From an uncultured Nitrososphaerales archaeon (GTDB lineage Archaea > Thermoproteota > Nitrososphaeria > Nitrososphaerales > Nitrososphaeraceae): a stretch of 64,000 nucleotides of DNA. Below, in pieces: positions 1-11,511 of the stretch. A program made the translations under genes and the position numbers. The notes under the pieces are model-generated. The model was given only the letters and a program-made list of their open reading frames with translations. It did no database searches and was not told where the DNA came from. The stretch lies in contig CAVOHZ010000008.1 in NCBI GenBank assembly GCA_963695855.1, forward strand, positions 96,001 through 160,000, given 5' to 3'. The stretch's first letter is position 1; every line of letters starts with the position of its first letter.

Positions 1-318
1 AATGTTTAGTAAAAAAAGGCTAACCCATGTTGAATTCGAGGTTTTAGGTATATTTTGTGACCAACTATCAAAAGAATTGGCTGGTTTTTTTGAGGCCAAG
101 GACTTTTTATTGGAATAAGAATTTCTAAAATATTTCTTGAGAAAAAAGAACTATAAAAACATTTAAAATAATACAAAACTAACAAACAATTTGTAAATTA
201 CTGACTTCTGTTTTAATTTCATGTTTATATTCCTATTTTATAATCAAAATTTTATAATTATTTCAAATAAAATTTGCAGGAAAATTCACATTCTGCTGAT
301 ATTATTTGACTGCTTTTA

Positions 319-819
319 TTATGTAGCCTTTTTCTTTGACATTTCTGCGCAGAAACCTTCGGCTGCTTTTTTAATCTCATCTAGAGAAAGGTCTTTCTTA
401 TGAGTTGCTATTGACCATTGATATCCAAATGGATCTTTTATCAATCCAACACGGTCTCCCCAGAATGCATCGTTGACTGGGTGTACTACAGTGGCACCTG
501 CAGATACAGCCTGATTAAAAGTTGAATCTACATCATTGACATATAGATAAAGCCAAACTGGATTTCCTCCAACAGATTGAGGTGAAAAAGATTTCATTTC
601 TTGGGATTCCTCAGATAACATAATAGCAGAATCTCCTATTATAATTTCTGCGTGCATGATAGTCTTATTATCAGGTCCATACATGCGATGACGTTCTTCC
701 GCATTGAATGATTTTTTATAAAATTCTATTGCACGTTCTGCATCTTTTATGATTATAAAAGGTGTAATGGTATGGTAGCCATCTGGTACTGGTTTTACAT
801 TAGCTGTCATATTTGTCAT
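319..819 (-). CDS. VOC/glyoxalase family protein (PhnB-like)
   Basis: Motifs 'AIEFYKKSF', 'IMHAEIIIGDS' and 'FWGDRVGLIKDPFGYQW'. Confidence 0.9.
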   Translation of the reverse strand: MTNMTANVKPVPDGYHTITPFIIIKDAERAIEFYKKSFNAEERHRMYGPDNKTIMHAEIIIGDSAIMLSEESQEMKSFSPQSVGGNPVWLYLYVNDVDSTFNQAVSAGATVVHPVNDAFWGDRVGLIKDPFGYQWSIATHKKDLSLDEIKKAAEGFCAEMSKKKAT

Positions 820-972
820 AATTATTATTACTTTATTTAAAAATATCCTAAAGAGACTAAATAGAAAATATTTTAAAAGAATTCTAATAATTTAGGTTTA
901 GTATATTAGACTATACTCTCATTGTAAGGAGAATTTGTTCTGTTTGGTTTTAAACTACATATTACGAATTAA

Positions 973-1036
973 TTTCACATCCATAAAACTTGGGATGGGA
1001 CCAACATTTAGGTCAAATTTGTTTCACATCCCACTG
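973..1036 (+). repeat. att-like site 1 (A-type left arm, core truncated after CCACTG)
   Basis: tgggaccaacatttaggtcaaatttgtttcacatcccactg. Confidence 0.85.
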
Positions 1037-1197
1037 AAAAAGATACAAAAATGTAGCTAATCTGCCGAATACTTTGTGATTCATAATTAACTATTTAATT
1101 TAATAATAATGTTTTAATAATATACTTATTTTTTTGAATGTAAAAACGGCAATGGATTTTTTATAATCTTTAAATTGTATAATCAATATTTCAGATT

Positions 1198-2297
1198 GTG
1201 AGAGCAGCCATTTTCGAGAAACAAGGATTTGAGAATCTCAAAATCAAAGGTGATGTGGAAAACCCTAAAGTTTTAGACTGTGATGTTTTAATTAAAGTTA
1301 TAGTAGCAGCAGTAAATCCTATTGATTATTATGTGATTTCTGGTTATAAAACAATACAACAACAAAAGGAAACAGACCAACTACGAAAACAAAAAGCTCC
1401 TCAAACAACAGAACTACCAGTAAATCCTCTTCCCCATATCCCAGGAGAGGAGTTTGTGGGAGTAGTTGAAAAGGTAGGATCTCATGTTAGAACAATAAAG
1501 AAAGGCGATAGAGTTGCTATCTATACCAGAGTTTTTGATAATACTTGTGATATGTGTATTAGTGGTAATGAAATGCTGTGTAGAAACGGTGGCATAATGA
1601 GTGTTCTTAATAATGGAGGTTTTTCTGATTATATTTCAGTTCCTGAAAGAAATGTATTTAAAATTCCTGATAATATTGATTGGTATTCAGCTGTAAGCTT
1701 GTCAGTATCAGGATTAACTGCATTTGATGCCTTGAATGAGTCACAATTAAAGATTAATGATTCATTACTCATTTTTGGTGCATCGGGAAATACAGGTATG
1801 ATGGCAGTACAATTAGGTAAGAGAATGGGATCTAGAGTTATTGCAGTTTCAACAAAAAAGTGGATTAAAGATGAATATGGTGCAGATTATCTAATTACAG
1901 ATTATGATAATGTAATAGATAAAGTTAAAGAGATAACTAATGGAATAATGACAGATGTTGTAATAAATTCTCTTGGCAGCGATACCTGGAAAGATAGTTT
2001 TTCTTCAATTGGAGTTAATGGCAGATGTATTTCTTTTGGTACATTGACTGGAAGTAATGTAGAATTAAACATACAGGAATTATATTCAAAGCAGTAAAAT
2101 TAATTGGATCTAATAGAGGAAATATAGAAGAATTTAGAGAATTGATAGAATTTATATCATATTCTAGTACAATTAATGATCCCTTAAAAATTAAAGTTTG
2201 GAAAAGATTTAACCTTGAAAATATAGAACAAGCCTTTGAGGCTCTTAATGAGAGGAAAAGAGAAGGAAGAGTGCTATTGGATATAAATAAAGAATAA
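1198..2297 (+). pseudogene. Zn-binding alcohol dehydrogenase, frameshifted near 2095
   Basis: C-x2-C-x7-C Zn loop and GASGNTG. After the TAA at 2097 another frame continues KLIGSNRG...REGRVLLDINKE* to 2297. Confidence 0.85.
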
Positions 2298-2623
2298 TTA
2301 AGTTGGAAAAAAATACTTGATAATAAAAGTACAATAGATTATAAAATATAACAGTTATTGTTATTTTATATTCGATATAAAATAGAAATTTCTATAGACA
2401 TCTAATCTTAAATAGGAAGTAACATTTTGAATATTATTGGTTTTAGAGATGGTACATTAAGATATAATTAGCAATGATATATTCAAAAAGCTAATTATTA
2501 GAGTAATAAAATTATAATAAGTAGAACATTTATTTCCTTTTTTATTGTTTAACTTATATTATTGATACCACTTAAATTGATTAAATTTCAATAACTATTA
2601 AAAATATTTTAACTCCTTCTCGA

Positions 2624-2700
2624 GGGACCAAAAAATAGGTCAAATTTGTTTCACATCCCACTGGCCCCATAGTGATATTAGTTCTCTAATTGGATTCACT
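2624..2700 (+). repeat. att-like site 2 (A arm + core + R1 arm, the integrase leader)
   Basis: gggaccaaaaaataggtcaaatttgtttcacatcccactggccccat-agtgatattagttctctaattggattcact. Confidence 0.9.
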
Positions 2701-2731
2701 CGAAACAAAAATAAGGTGAACCAAGAAAAAA

Positions 2732-2995
2732 ATGAAATTTGAACAAAGTTTTGAAGAATCTAGTGCTTATTCATTATTTCTGTTTGCAGTTAGAACACAG
2801 GTAACAAGAAACTATTACCTGAGAAGGTTAAGAATTTTTTTCAATTTTATTAACTTAGAACCAGATAAACCAATGGAAGAACGATGTAATTATCTTGCTA
2901 AAAAAGGAACAAAAGATCCTAATTGGGTTCTGAGCTGTATAATAAAATTCTTGCAATTTCAAAAAGAAAGGGTAGAAAAGGTGTCATCTCTCTAG
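2732..2995 (+). pseudogene. Tyrosine integrase family 1, N-terminal fragment
   Basis: Closely similar to the N-terminus of 11512 (YYLRRLRIFFN, FLQFQK.RVEK), then truncated. Confidence 0.85.
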
Positions 2996-4050
2996 AGGCA
3001 TTCATAATATCCATACGCATTATCATAATTACAATACTGAATGAATTACTCGAGGGACATGATTTCTCTTTTACGAAGTGCCTGAATTAGATTCCTACTA
3101 TTATAGGTAATTTTTGGCCAACTTTTATTAATCGAAAAAATAAAATATTATTTACCTCAATATATTAAGGTAAGTGACGAGTACTTAAAAATATATAAAA
3201 GTTATAGTAAACCGACATATATGCCTAATAGTAACCTTTTAGCAATCAATAATAAATATATTAATACCATTATTTTAGAAGTATGTTGTATAACACATAT
3301 TAATGATAATGTCATATTATTATTATGAGAATAACTCATCGTCCTAAGATAAAAAAGGATCAGAGCAAAGAAAGGCAAAAGCTAAATAGTACATCTGAAT
3401 CCTATAATAGGGCTAAGGCAATAATTGCTTCTGTCTATGGGTTAGATATTATAGAAGACGAACCTATAAGATCTAGATAGGACAACAAATTTTAACATTA
3501 GGATTTCTATGATTAATGGCATTTATTTCAATGGTATATGCGTTGTTAGTTTCAAAATAACCGACAAGTATGTGATTCAAGGGACAAAATGTCTTCTTCG
3601 GGGGTATCAGCATCAAGATATTAACAGGAACGATAATCTACAAAATTCGTCGCAGATAATGAGATGCATTTTTGAAATTCACTAAAAATTAGACAGATAT
3701 ATAAAATTTCGTTTTAATTTTTTTATGGTAAACTCTATCTCGATTGACCTATTGGCTATGACGTCTTATTTTTAATTAAATTATTGTTATTGTGAAGATC
3801 GGCAAAATCATAATATTATTACCGTATCTAGGATATATAATTCTTATAAGAAAAAAATCTCTTAAAATAAACTATAATAATAGTATTGAAAATATTATAA
3901 CTGATCGAGTACTGACCGGTTGATGGTCATTATTGGAGGAGTGAAAATCTAATTATAACCTATAAGTTAATAGCTTTCGGAAATAGAAATTGCTTATAGC
4001 TTACAATCTATAATATTTTGAGTCCATTTTTAGTACCAATATCAAAACGG

Positions 4051-4085
4051 AAACCACTGGCCCCATATAGTATAAGGGGACAGTT
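4051..4085 (+). repeat. att-like site 3 (core + R2 arm)
   Basis: aaaccactggccccatatagtataaggggacagtt. Confidence 0.85.
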
Positions 4086-4387
4086 AATATTCATAAAGAT
4101 AACTTCATAATTTCTAGATATTAATTTTAATATTCTATCTTCTTAATCAAGTATAATTGCTTACATGAGGATAATTTTGGGATAGGCTTTAAATCTAAAA
4201 TTTAGTTTTATCTATCCTAAAAATAGGGTAAAAAAATCCTGGCAGCCCGACGAGCCAGTAATTTTCTCGGGTATATCCACTTCACTTCTTCTTCTAGCTT
4301 TCCTTAGTCTCCTTTACCTTGTTATTATTGTAATTGCAAATATATTACCTTCAATTATACAAATAAATACATCATACAAACATAAAT

Positions 4388-5056
4388 ATGACTCTTCACT
4401 GGACAACATTATCTACGTTTATATACCTTAGTAACGTATATATAATTATGACAACAAAAGAAGAAATAAGAAGAACCGAAAATATAGCTGTAAATGAACC
4501 AGAATTTAATGAAAGAAATGCAACTAAATTTAATAAAGACCACAGTAATTTCAATGAAAGAACAAATAAAGACTACAATAACACCTTAAATCAACAACAA
4601 GATATAATAAACAAGACACTCGACAACACCTTACACAATATAAAGAGAGCTACTGATGAAGCTACACGAGAAATTCCAAAATACACACAACGTATTGCTG
4701 AATATCAAGAACAAACCATTCAGACTATAAAAGACATTGCCTCTGACTTTATTGAAGCAGAAAAAGAAGTAGTAAACTCTTTTCACTCACAACAAGTAGA
4801 TAAAAAAAGTGGTGTAAACTTCACCGGACTATGGGACTTGTATAATCCACAGAAAATTGTTGAAGGTCATGCAGTACTGGTGAATAACTTTACAAGTTAC
4901 CTGTTAAATACGAGTAGTCTCATAAACAATGCTCTAGCATCAAACATGAGGGTATACAATACAGCATTAGAACAAACACGCGACAATCTAAAGGATTTGG
5001 TAAGAACAAATACCAGTTACATAAAATCAGTAGGACAATCAGTCAATAGACAGTGA
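4388..5056 (+). CDS. Amphipathic helical hypothetical protein (possibly phasin-like); real start probably near 4448
   Basis: Long ORF, Q/N/E-rich helical pattern. Confidence 0.65.
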   Translation: MTLHWTTLSTFIYLSNVYIIMTTKEEIRRTENIAVNEPEFNERNATKFNKDHSNFNERTNKDYNNTLNQQQDIINKTLDNTLHNIKRATDEATREIPKYTQRIAEYQEQTIQTIKDIASDFIEAEKEVVNSFHSQQVDKKSGVNFTGLWDLYNPQKIVEGHAVLVNNFTSYLLNTSSLINNALASNMRVYNTALEQTRDNLKDLVRTNTSYIKSVGQSVNRQ

Positions 5057-5078
5057 TTTACCAGTAACTAAAAATCGA

Positions 5079-5100
5079 CTAGGTTAAATATTTAACCTAG
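5079..5100. other. Perfect 22-bp palindrome between convergent genes (terminator or operator candidate)
   Basis: ctaggttaaatatttaacctag. Confidence 0.5.
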
Positions 5101-5253
5101 CCTAATAATCTTTGGTATTTTTTTAAATTATACCTTTATTAATATTTATTTTATTTTCTAAACAAATTAACAAGTATTATTTTACTAAGAAGAACTATGA
5201 AAATCGAATAATTATATGCTATTATTTGTTATTACCATTACTATTTTCTTTTT

Positions 5254-5580
5254 TCAAAATCTATTCACACTAATATAATACATCATTATCTCTTTTTGTC
5301 GAAACCTCTCTTTTAACTTCTCTTTGTATCCACTTAAAAGATTGTTATTTTCTTTTCGATCTTCACATATAACATGGTATATAGTATTTTCATCATTATA
5401 CAAAATGTCTGAATCTGGATCCTTCCAACTTCCAAGTATAGTATGTTCATCAGCAGAACATCCGCCAAACATTTCAACTAATTCATTAAAAGTGTCAACA
5501 AATTTTGATTTTTCTACTGGTTGTTTATTGTTATAATATAACGGTAAATAAATATCTACTCTGATTGAGGCTGATGACAA
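5254..5580 (-). CDS. Small conserved-looking hypothetical protein
   Basis: Motif pattern 'YLPLYYN...ELVEMFGGCS...GSW...LKERFRQKEI'. Confidence 0.7.
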   Translation of the reverse strand: MSSASIRVDIYLPLYYNNKQPVEKSKFVDTFNELVEMFGGCSADEHTILGSWKDPDSDILYNDENTIYHVICEDRKENNNLLSGYKEKLKERFRQKEIMMYYISVNRF

Positions 5581-5593
5581 CTTACATTGAATT

Positions 5594-5788
5594 TTATGGA
5601 TTCTTTTGAATTGTATAATTTATACCCATAGTATCTAAAATTTTACTGTAGTTCCTATTTATAGTATATTTATGTTGTCCTGTACTCTTTATAGGAATTT
5701 TTTTTGACAATAATATATAGAATCCTTCTACTTCTTCCTCTCTGGAATTGAAGGATATTGTTAATAAGCTAGATTCTAGATTCTGCAT
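5594..5788 (-). CDS. Small hypothetical protein, co-oriented 13 bp upstream of 5254..5580
   Basis: ATG start, operon-like spacing. Confidence 0.55.
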   Translation of the reverse strand: MQNLESSLLTISFNSREEEVEGFYILLSKKIPIKSTGQHKYTINRNYSKILDTMGINYTIQKNP

Positions 5789-5872
5789 ATCACTATTACT
5801 ATTCGTATTGGTAAGGACTGAATATATGTTTTTATCTCAAATCTATGTCTAAACGATGTTTAAAGTATTGAA

Positions 5873-6040
5873 TGGTCTCACTTTATGGAGGGCTTCAAAT
5901 CCCACTGATTTGACTACGAAGGCATATGGACCCATTTTTATAATGAAATATGGAATATATAATGCTAATTAAAAATACATTTTTTAGGTCAAATTTGTTT
6001 CACAAACCACTGGCCCCATTGAACTCTGGGTTCCAATCCT
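5873..6040 (+). repeat. Double att-like site 4 (B arm+core, ~80-bp linker, A arm+core, R3 arm)
   Basis: tggtctcactttatggagggcttcaaatcccactg ... taggtcaaatttgtttcacaaaccactggccccattgaactc; linker shared with 30686-30827. Confidence 0.9.
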
Positions 6041-6115
6041 ATCTTTATCAGAATTCATAAAGCAATAATTATATAAACTAGGAATTAATCTTTACTTTTT
6101 TTATCATTTATTTTG

Positions 6116-6313
6116 CTTTGTTGCCTAACTCGTTCTTCCTAACACATTTAGCTAACCTATTTTAGTCATATTATGTTACCTGGAAGAAATACAATGAATC
6201 TCTAGTGAGAAGAGGAGAAATATTATTTGATTTTGATGTTATTGATAACTGGAATACTGAACTAGATGTGATGAACAAGGACAAGAAAGGTAGAAAATTC
6301 GTATATCCAGATT
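6116..6313 (+). mobile_element. IS5-family left-end fragment
   Basis: Matches the left end and first codons of the IS at 57606 (W..YNESLV.RGE.L.DFD.IDNWNTEL). Confidence 0.85.
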
Positions 6314-6402
6314 TGGAAATTTATCGAAAAATTATTATTTGAAATAGAATAAGAATCCAAATGTCTAATTTCTTAACTATTATCATATCCTTTTTCTAAG
6401 AA

Positions 6403-8361
6403 TTATTTTTCTGCATGTTCTGTCAGAGTTTTTAATCTTGTTATATCTCTTTTGAAGAATAGGTCTAAAAACCAGTCAAACATAACTCTCAATTTTTTTT
6501 CAGTAGTTGGAAGATTTCCCCAATAATATAGCCTCCAGAATATCCACCCAATAAAACCTTGAATTTTATATCCAAATACTAAGCCTACACCATTTCTTTT
6601 TCCTATAAGCGCCATCATACCTTTAGTTCTGTAATTAAGAACTAATTCTTCTTTCTTATTGCATTTCTTTGAATATATTTCATTGATTATATTGTTAGAT
6701 GCTATTCTTGCTTCCCTTAATGCATGTTGAGCTGTAGGTGGATATGGTTGTCCAGTATTAGGATCTATTATAAAAGCACAATCTCCTAATGCAAAAATAT
6801 TAGTATATCCATTTATTTTCAGGTTTTCATTAGTAATTATTTTTCCTGATTTATTATGTTCGCAATTTAGAGTCCTTATAATGTTACTCGGTTTAACACC
6901 CCCAGCCCAAACTACTGTATAACTCCATATTTTTTCTTCATTTAATTTCACATAATTCTCACCTATTTCTTTGACTCTTGTATTTAAGATAATTTGAACT
7001 CCATTTTTTTCTAGTTTGTTTAAGGCAAATTCTGATAAATCATTTGAAACTTCTGGTAAAATTCGCGAACCTGAATTTATCAAGATTATTTTAATACATT
7101 TTAGATCAATGTTGTGATAATACTGTTTTACAGAATCACGAACAAAATCATTTAATTCTCCAACAGTTTCTATACCCGAAAAACCGCCTCCTACCACTAC
7201 CAATGTCATTAAATTTTTTTGTAATTCTATATTTCCATATTCCATATCAGCTTGCTCCAGCATATTTATAACATGATCTCTCAATAACAATGCATCACCA
7301 ATAGTCTTTATGGTGAACGCATTTTTAGATTCTCTTTCTAAGTCAAAAAAATTGGTCTCTCCTCCAAGCGCTAAAACTAGATAATCATATTTTAGAACTT
7401 TGATTTTATCATTTAATATATTGGAATATTTCCCTATTTTATATCTTAAAGATACTTCCTTTGCTTCAAGATTTATAGAATCAATATTTGCTTCATAAAA
7501 TCTAGCTCTTTTACAAAATGATCTGATGGGTGTAATTATATGTCTTGTTTCTATTGCACTTGCGGCTACTTCTGGGAGCATAGGAGTAAAGAGAAAAAAA
7601 TTATCTCTACTTACAATGGTTATATCTACATCAATGTTATCTTGAAATTCTTTTTGTAACTGTTGTAACACTTCTATTCCTGCAAATCCGCCACCCAGAA
7701 TCACAATCTTTTTTAGTGTTATTGGTTTGGTGCCATGTATTAGTTCAATATGTTTTTGATATGAATCAATTCTACCGAAAGATATATGGCATTTTGCACA
7801 CCTATATCGAGTACCAAATTTTGTAGAAAGGCTAGAGGAAACAAGACCTACAGTAATACCAAAAATGAGGTGGGTAATTAGTGAACTTATGAAAACAGTT
7901 GACAATCGTGATGAAAGTTCATATTCGATTAATTCTTGTTCATTCTGAGTCAATTTATATATTGTATTTATTGTTTCGGGTGCAATAACAAATTGATATA
8001 CTGGTATAAAGAAAATTATGAATACTACGATACCCGCAAAAATTCCATATATAATTCCATTGGATGGTTTACTAATATTTAATATTCCAGTTTTATATAA
8101 GAAGATGCCTATAACCACCCCGATTGAAATAGCAGTCACCATGTGTATTCCTATTCCTGCTATAATTACAGCATCTGAAGAATACACTCCAATAACATGT
8201 CCAAATACTATCCATGATAAGTAATAAGGCATTCCCATAACCACTTCAAAAATTGTTTTTGGAATAACAAATACAATTGCACCTACAATAGCTCCAACTA
8301 TTACAAAAAATATTTCTCTCTTTAGAGAAAAATCTATTTTTACTTTATTGTGATTGTTCAT
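6403..8361 (-). CDS. Type II NADH dehydrogenase-like flavoprotein with N-terminal membrane domain and C2H2 Zn finger
   Basis: GGGFAG, FLFTPML, VGGGFSGIE, ALGD and PPTAQHA motifs; N-terminal TM helices; CAKC-x12-HIELIH. Confidence 0.9.
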   Translation of the reverse strand: MNNHNKVKIDFSLKREIFFVIVGAIVGAIVFVIPKTIFEVVMGMPYYLSWIVFGHVIGVYSSDAVIIAGIGIHMVTAISIGVVIGIFLYKTGILNISKPSNGIIYGIFAGIVVFIIFFIPVYQFVIAPETINTIYKLTQNEQELIEYELSSRLSTVFISSLITHLIFGITVGLVSSSLSTKFGTRYRCAKCHISFGRIDSYQKHIELIHGTKPITLKKIVILGGGFAGIEVLQQLQKEFQDNIDVDITIVSRDNFFLFTPMLPEVAASAIETRHIITPIRSFCKRARFYEANIDSINLEAKEVSLRYKIGKYSNILNDKIKVLKYDYLVLALGGETNFFDLERESKNAFTIKTIGDALLLRDHVINMLEQADMEYGNIELQKNLMTLVVVGGGFSGIETVGELNDFVRDSVKQYYHNIDLKCIKIILINSGSRILPEVSNDLSEFALNKLEKNGVQIILNTRVKEIGENYVKLNEEKIWSYTVVWAGGVKPSNIIRTLNCEHNKSGKIITNENLKINGYTNIFALGDCAFIIDPNTGQPYPPTAQHALREARIASNNIINEIYSKKCNKKEELVLNYRTKGMMALIGKRNGVGLVFGYKIQGFIGWIFWRLYYWGNLPTTEKKLRVMFDWFLDLFFKRDITRLKTLTEHAEK

Positions 8362-8686
8362 TATTATGGTTTATTGTAGTTGCTCATTATAAAATATCAC
8401 ACGCTCTACAAATCGTTTATTAATTTCCACGAAAATGTCTTTATATTTGAATGCAAGAATTACTAAGAAACATCTGATTGTTATTTATGTTTCTAGTTAA
8501 ACTATTCATTAGATATAATCTCTCCTGACAAAGGAATATTGGTAGTATATAGATAAAATAAAAATATGATTTGTAAATGAGAATGACTGTTGTTGTAGAA
8601 AAATTGAGGATGATATTTGTTATGTATTATCTTTTGCACATAATAAGTATCAGTTATTGTTTTTGCTGTTTCTGTTCTTATCATAT

Positions 8687-9334
8687 TCATACATTTGGTT
8701 TAGGTAGTACCAATATTTGACCAGCCATATTAGGCAAGTGCACATGGCAGACGTAATTTATGATTCCGGGATTGTTTGCTACGAATGAAACAGTATTGAT
8801 TTGTCCTCTCTTAAGTTCAAAGGTTCCTATTCCATCTACAGTAATTACATGATGTGCTCCTTGTACTCCTATAAAATGAAGAGTGACTTTATCGCCTTGG
8901 TTAACAACTATTTGATCTGGAGTGAATGTAAATGATCTAAAGTCCCAAGCTCCTGCTTTATTTGGTTCTGTTATCTTGAATCCTCCTCCAGTTGGTATAG
9001 TCGAATTTACAGGAGGCTGCTCTGCTGGATGTAGTGGAGTATTCTGGGGACAAGTATCACATTTTACGGCAGCGTTTATGTTTGTCATTCCATCAAAATG
9101 TACTGTATTTATCCAGAATTCTTTGTTGGTTGTTTGATTTGGAACTACTGTCTTGAATGTAGTAACATTTGATGCCGATGGCATAGTAGTTGTCTTAGAG
9201 GGATAATTTTCTGCGAATGTCTTCTGCAGTGTTTGCCCGCTAATTTCAGTTAATACAGCGGTTGTTGATATAACAGCCATGAAGGTCATTGCTATCAGCC
9301 ACATTTGTTGTGAGCTGATTTTTTTCTTATTCAT
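8687..9334 (-). CDS. Exported cupredoxin (blue-copper) protein
   Basis: Signal/TM segment; FTPDQIVVNQGDKV, His in GAHH, C-x2-H-x3-M (YVCHVHLPNM). Confidence 0.85.
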   Translation of the reverse strand: MNKKKISSQQMWLIAMTFMAVISTTAVLTEISGQTLQKTFAENYPSKTTTMPSASNVTTFKTVVPNQTTNKEFWINTVHFDGMTNINAAVKCDTCPQNTPLHPAEQPPVNSTIPTGGGFKITEPNKAGAWDFRSFTFTPDQIVVNQGDKVTLHFIGVQGAHHVITVDGIGTFELKRGQINTVSFVANNPGIINYVCHVHLPNMAGQILVLPKPNV

Positions 9335-9370
9335 GTCTAGAATATTAGTTATATTTATTTTATTTAAGCA

Positions 9371-9808
9371 TTGGTTAACGTCGTTAACATTAAAATGATA
9401 AAATATAATGAATCCAATACGTTTTATAAAATGAAAACAAAACTAAATTCAGTAGATGATCAAATTCCAGAGAAAAGAAAAATTACAATAAATGTTCCAG
9501 TATATGATGCTAAAGATATTGAGGACATGAATGTGGTAGCGATGATAAAAGGTGAGTATCAGATAAAAACAATTGATGTACAGGATGAATTAAAGAACAA
9601 AGAAAGCGGCAACAAGGATGGAAGAATTTTAGTACCGTTTATATTTGATAGACAGACAGAAGCCGGACCAATACAACCAGGAGACATGTTCTTTGGATGT
9701 GCAAGCTCTGATGAATTTCCTAACCAAAATTCAGATTGTGAAAAAAGAATCCTGAAAAATCTAAATGGATTTAATGCAATATGCGCAAGAAAGGACAATA
9801 GTTGTTGA
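9371..9808 (+). CDS. Hypothetical protein
   Basis: 145-aa ORF, start uncertain. Confidence 0.55.
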   Translation: MVNVVNIKMIKYNESNTFYKMKTKLNSVDDQIPEKRKITINVPVYDAKDIEDMNVVAMIKGEYQIKTIDVQDELKNKESGNKDGRILVPFIFDRQTEAGPIQPGDMFFGCASSDEFPNQNSDCEKRILKNLNGFNAICARKDNSC

Positions 9809-10177
9809 ATTTCTTTTCTTTATAGAAATAGATATACCATAACAATATCCATCCATCTGTTTCAAGTATTATCCAAAATCATAATCGAATTGGTATATAT
9901 ATAATCAATAATACTAACTGTACAGTTGAAGGAACAATGTAGTAGAGAACTGTTGGAGACAGGGTAAATGTAATACACTTTCTTATTATTGAGCTATGCA
10001 TGATCACCTTAAAAATACAATTTATATAATATTATAAAATCAAAAAGTTTAACCTAAATATCACAAACTATCTCAAGTCTATGAGGCTAATGTTTGTTAC
10101 TATACTTAGTCTAATAGTCAATCAAATCAAAAATAACAAATATCTTAAAAAGATAGAATCATTATATATATTTATAA

Positions 10178-10768
10178 TTGAATTTAAAAATAATACCAAA
10201 TTTCTACAGTGAAAACTATGTTTTTACTATAATAATACCGATTCTAATTGTGATAGCTAGTGTATCCATTCCTAGTATTTTTAATACTTTATCAGTAGAT
10301 GGTCAAACCTCTTCTTTGTCGAGTTTTGATATTTCCCAATGTGATCAAGTAATAAATGCTACTTCTTCAAGAGGGATGACACATGGAAGTATAACTAACG
10401 ACTGTATAAACGGAACGAATGGTAATGACATTTTGTTTGGAGGATTGGGTTATGATATATTAAACGGAAACGAAGGGGATGATGAACTAATAGGCGATTC
10501 TGGAAACGATAAATTGTATGGGGGAGCAGGAGATGATGATTTAGTTGGTAATTCAGGAGATGATCTACTTGACGGTGGAGATGGAAATGATATACTTAAA
10601 GGAAATAAAGGTGATGATAAATTGATAGGAGGAAATGGTGATGATACCTTGATAGGTAATTCAGGTGCTGATTTTTATATATGTGGACCAGGAAATGATA
10701 TAGCAGTACAGTTTAACACTTTGGAAGGAGATAAAAAAACAGTAGATTGTGAAACAGTAACAAGATGA
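10178..10768 (+). CDS. Hemolysin-type (RTX) calcium-binding repeat protein
   Basis: Tandem G-x-x-G-x-D-x-L nonapeptides after an N-terminal TM segment. Confidence 0.9.
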   Translation: MNLKIIPNFYSENYVFTIIIPILIVIASVSIPSIFNTLSVDGQTSSLSSFDISQCDQVINATSSRGMTHGSITNDCINGTNGNDILFGGLGYDILNGNEGDDELIGDSGNDKLYGGAGDDDLVGNSGDDLLDGGDGNDILKGNKGDDKLIGGNGDDTLIGNSGADFYICGPGNDIAVQFNTLEGDKKTVDCETVTR

Positions 10769-11135
10769 AAGTTATGATATGAGTGAGTTTGATGTTTCCT
10801 TCAATTTGATACTTTGTCATTGGTTTCAAGAAAAACAAAAAGTTATTAGTTCTAGCTAAGATTGATATTAATACCTACCTCAATTGACATTTAGGTTTAT
10901 AATACTTGACTCAGATGTTTGTTCATATGTTTATCTCTGTGTTAAGTTACCAAGGATTCTACAAGTTATGGAAGAGAAAGGAAAGAATTGACAAAATTAT
11001 TTATATTGCTAAAATAATAAAATTAGAAATGAATAGAATCTCTGATTGCATCAAAGGTTCTAGTTTCATTGTTCTATTATCTTTCCTTGTTCTAATATTT
11101 TACCTTGGTAAATGATGGAAAAAGAAATCTTCACA

Positions 11136-11448
11136 ACTCGTTTTAAGTCTTCTAAATAATCACTTCTACAGATAGGATCTCCTGGATCTCGTATATGCAT
11201 TTCACAGTACTCCAAAGTCTGGAGTTATGGTACATAGTAAAGATAATCTGTATGTGCCTGATACATATAATCAACGTACACAACAATTTAAGTTATCACA
11301 ACATTGGCAATTCAAAATCTGAAAATGATATTGAATGAGTTAGAATAATAGCTAAAATGATATTTATAAAAACAAATTAATTTAATAAAATTTTATTGTG
11401 GGTCCAAAATAAAGGACATATTTGTTTCACATCCCACTGGCCCCATTG
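11136..11448 (+). repeat. ~310-bp direct repeat of 63042-63354, ending at att-like site 5
   Basis: Near-identical sequence from actcgttttaagtc to ccactggccccattg; contains an NHL-repeat fragment. Confidence 0.9.
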
Positions 11449-11476
11449 TGATATTAGTTCTCTAATTGGATTCACT
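11399..11476 (+). repeat. att-like site 5 (A arm + core + R1 arm)
   Basis: tgggtccaaaataaaggacatatttgtttcacatcccactggccccattgtgatattagttctctaattggattcact. Confidence 0.9.
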
Positions 11477-11511
11477 CATAAAAATAAAAAAATAGGCGAA
11501 TCAAAAAATAA

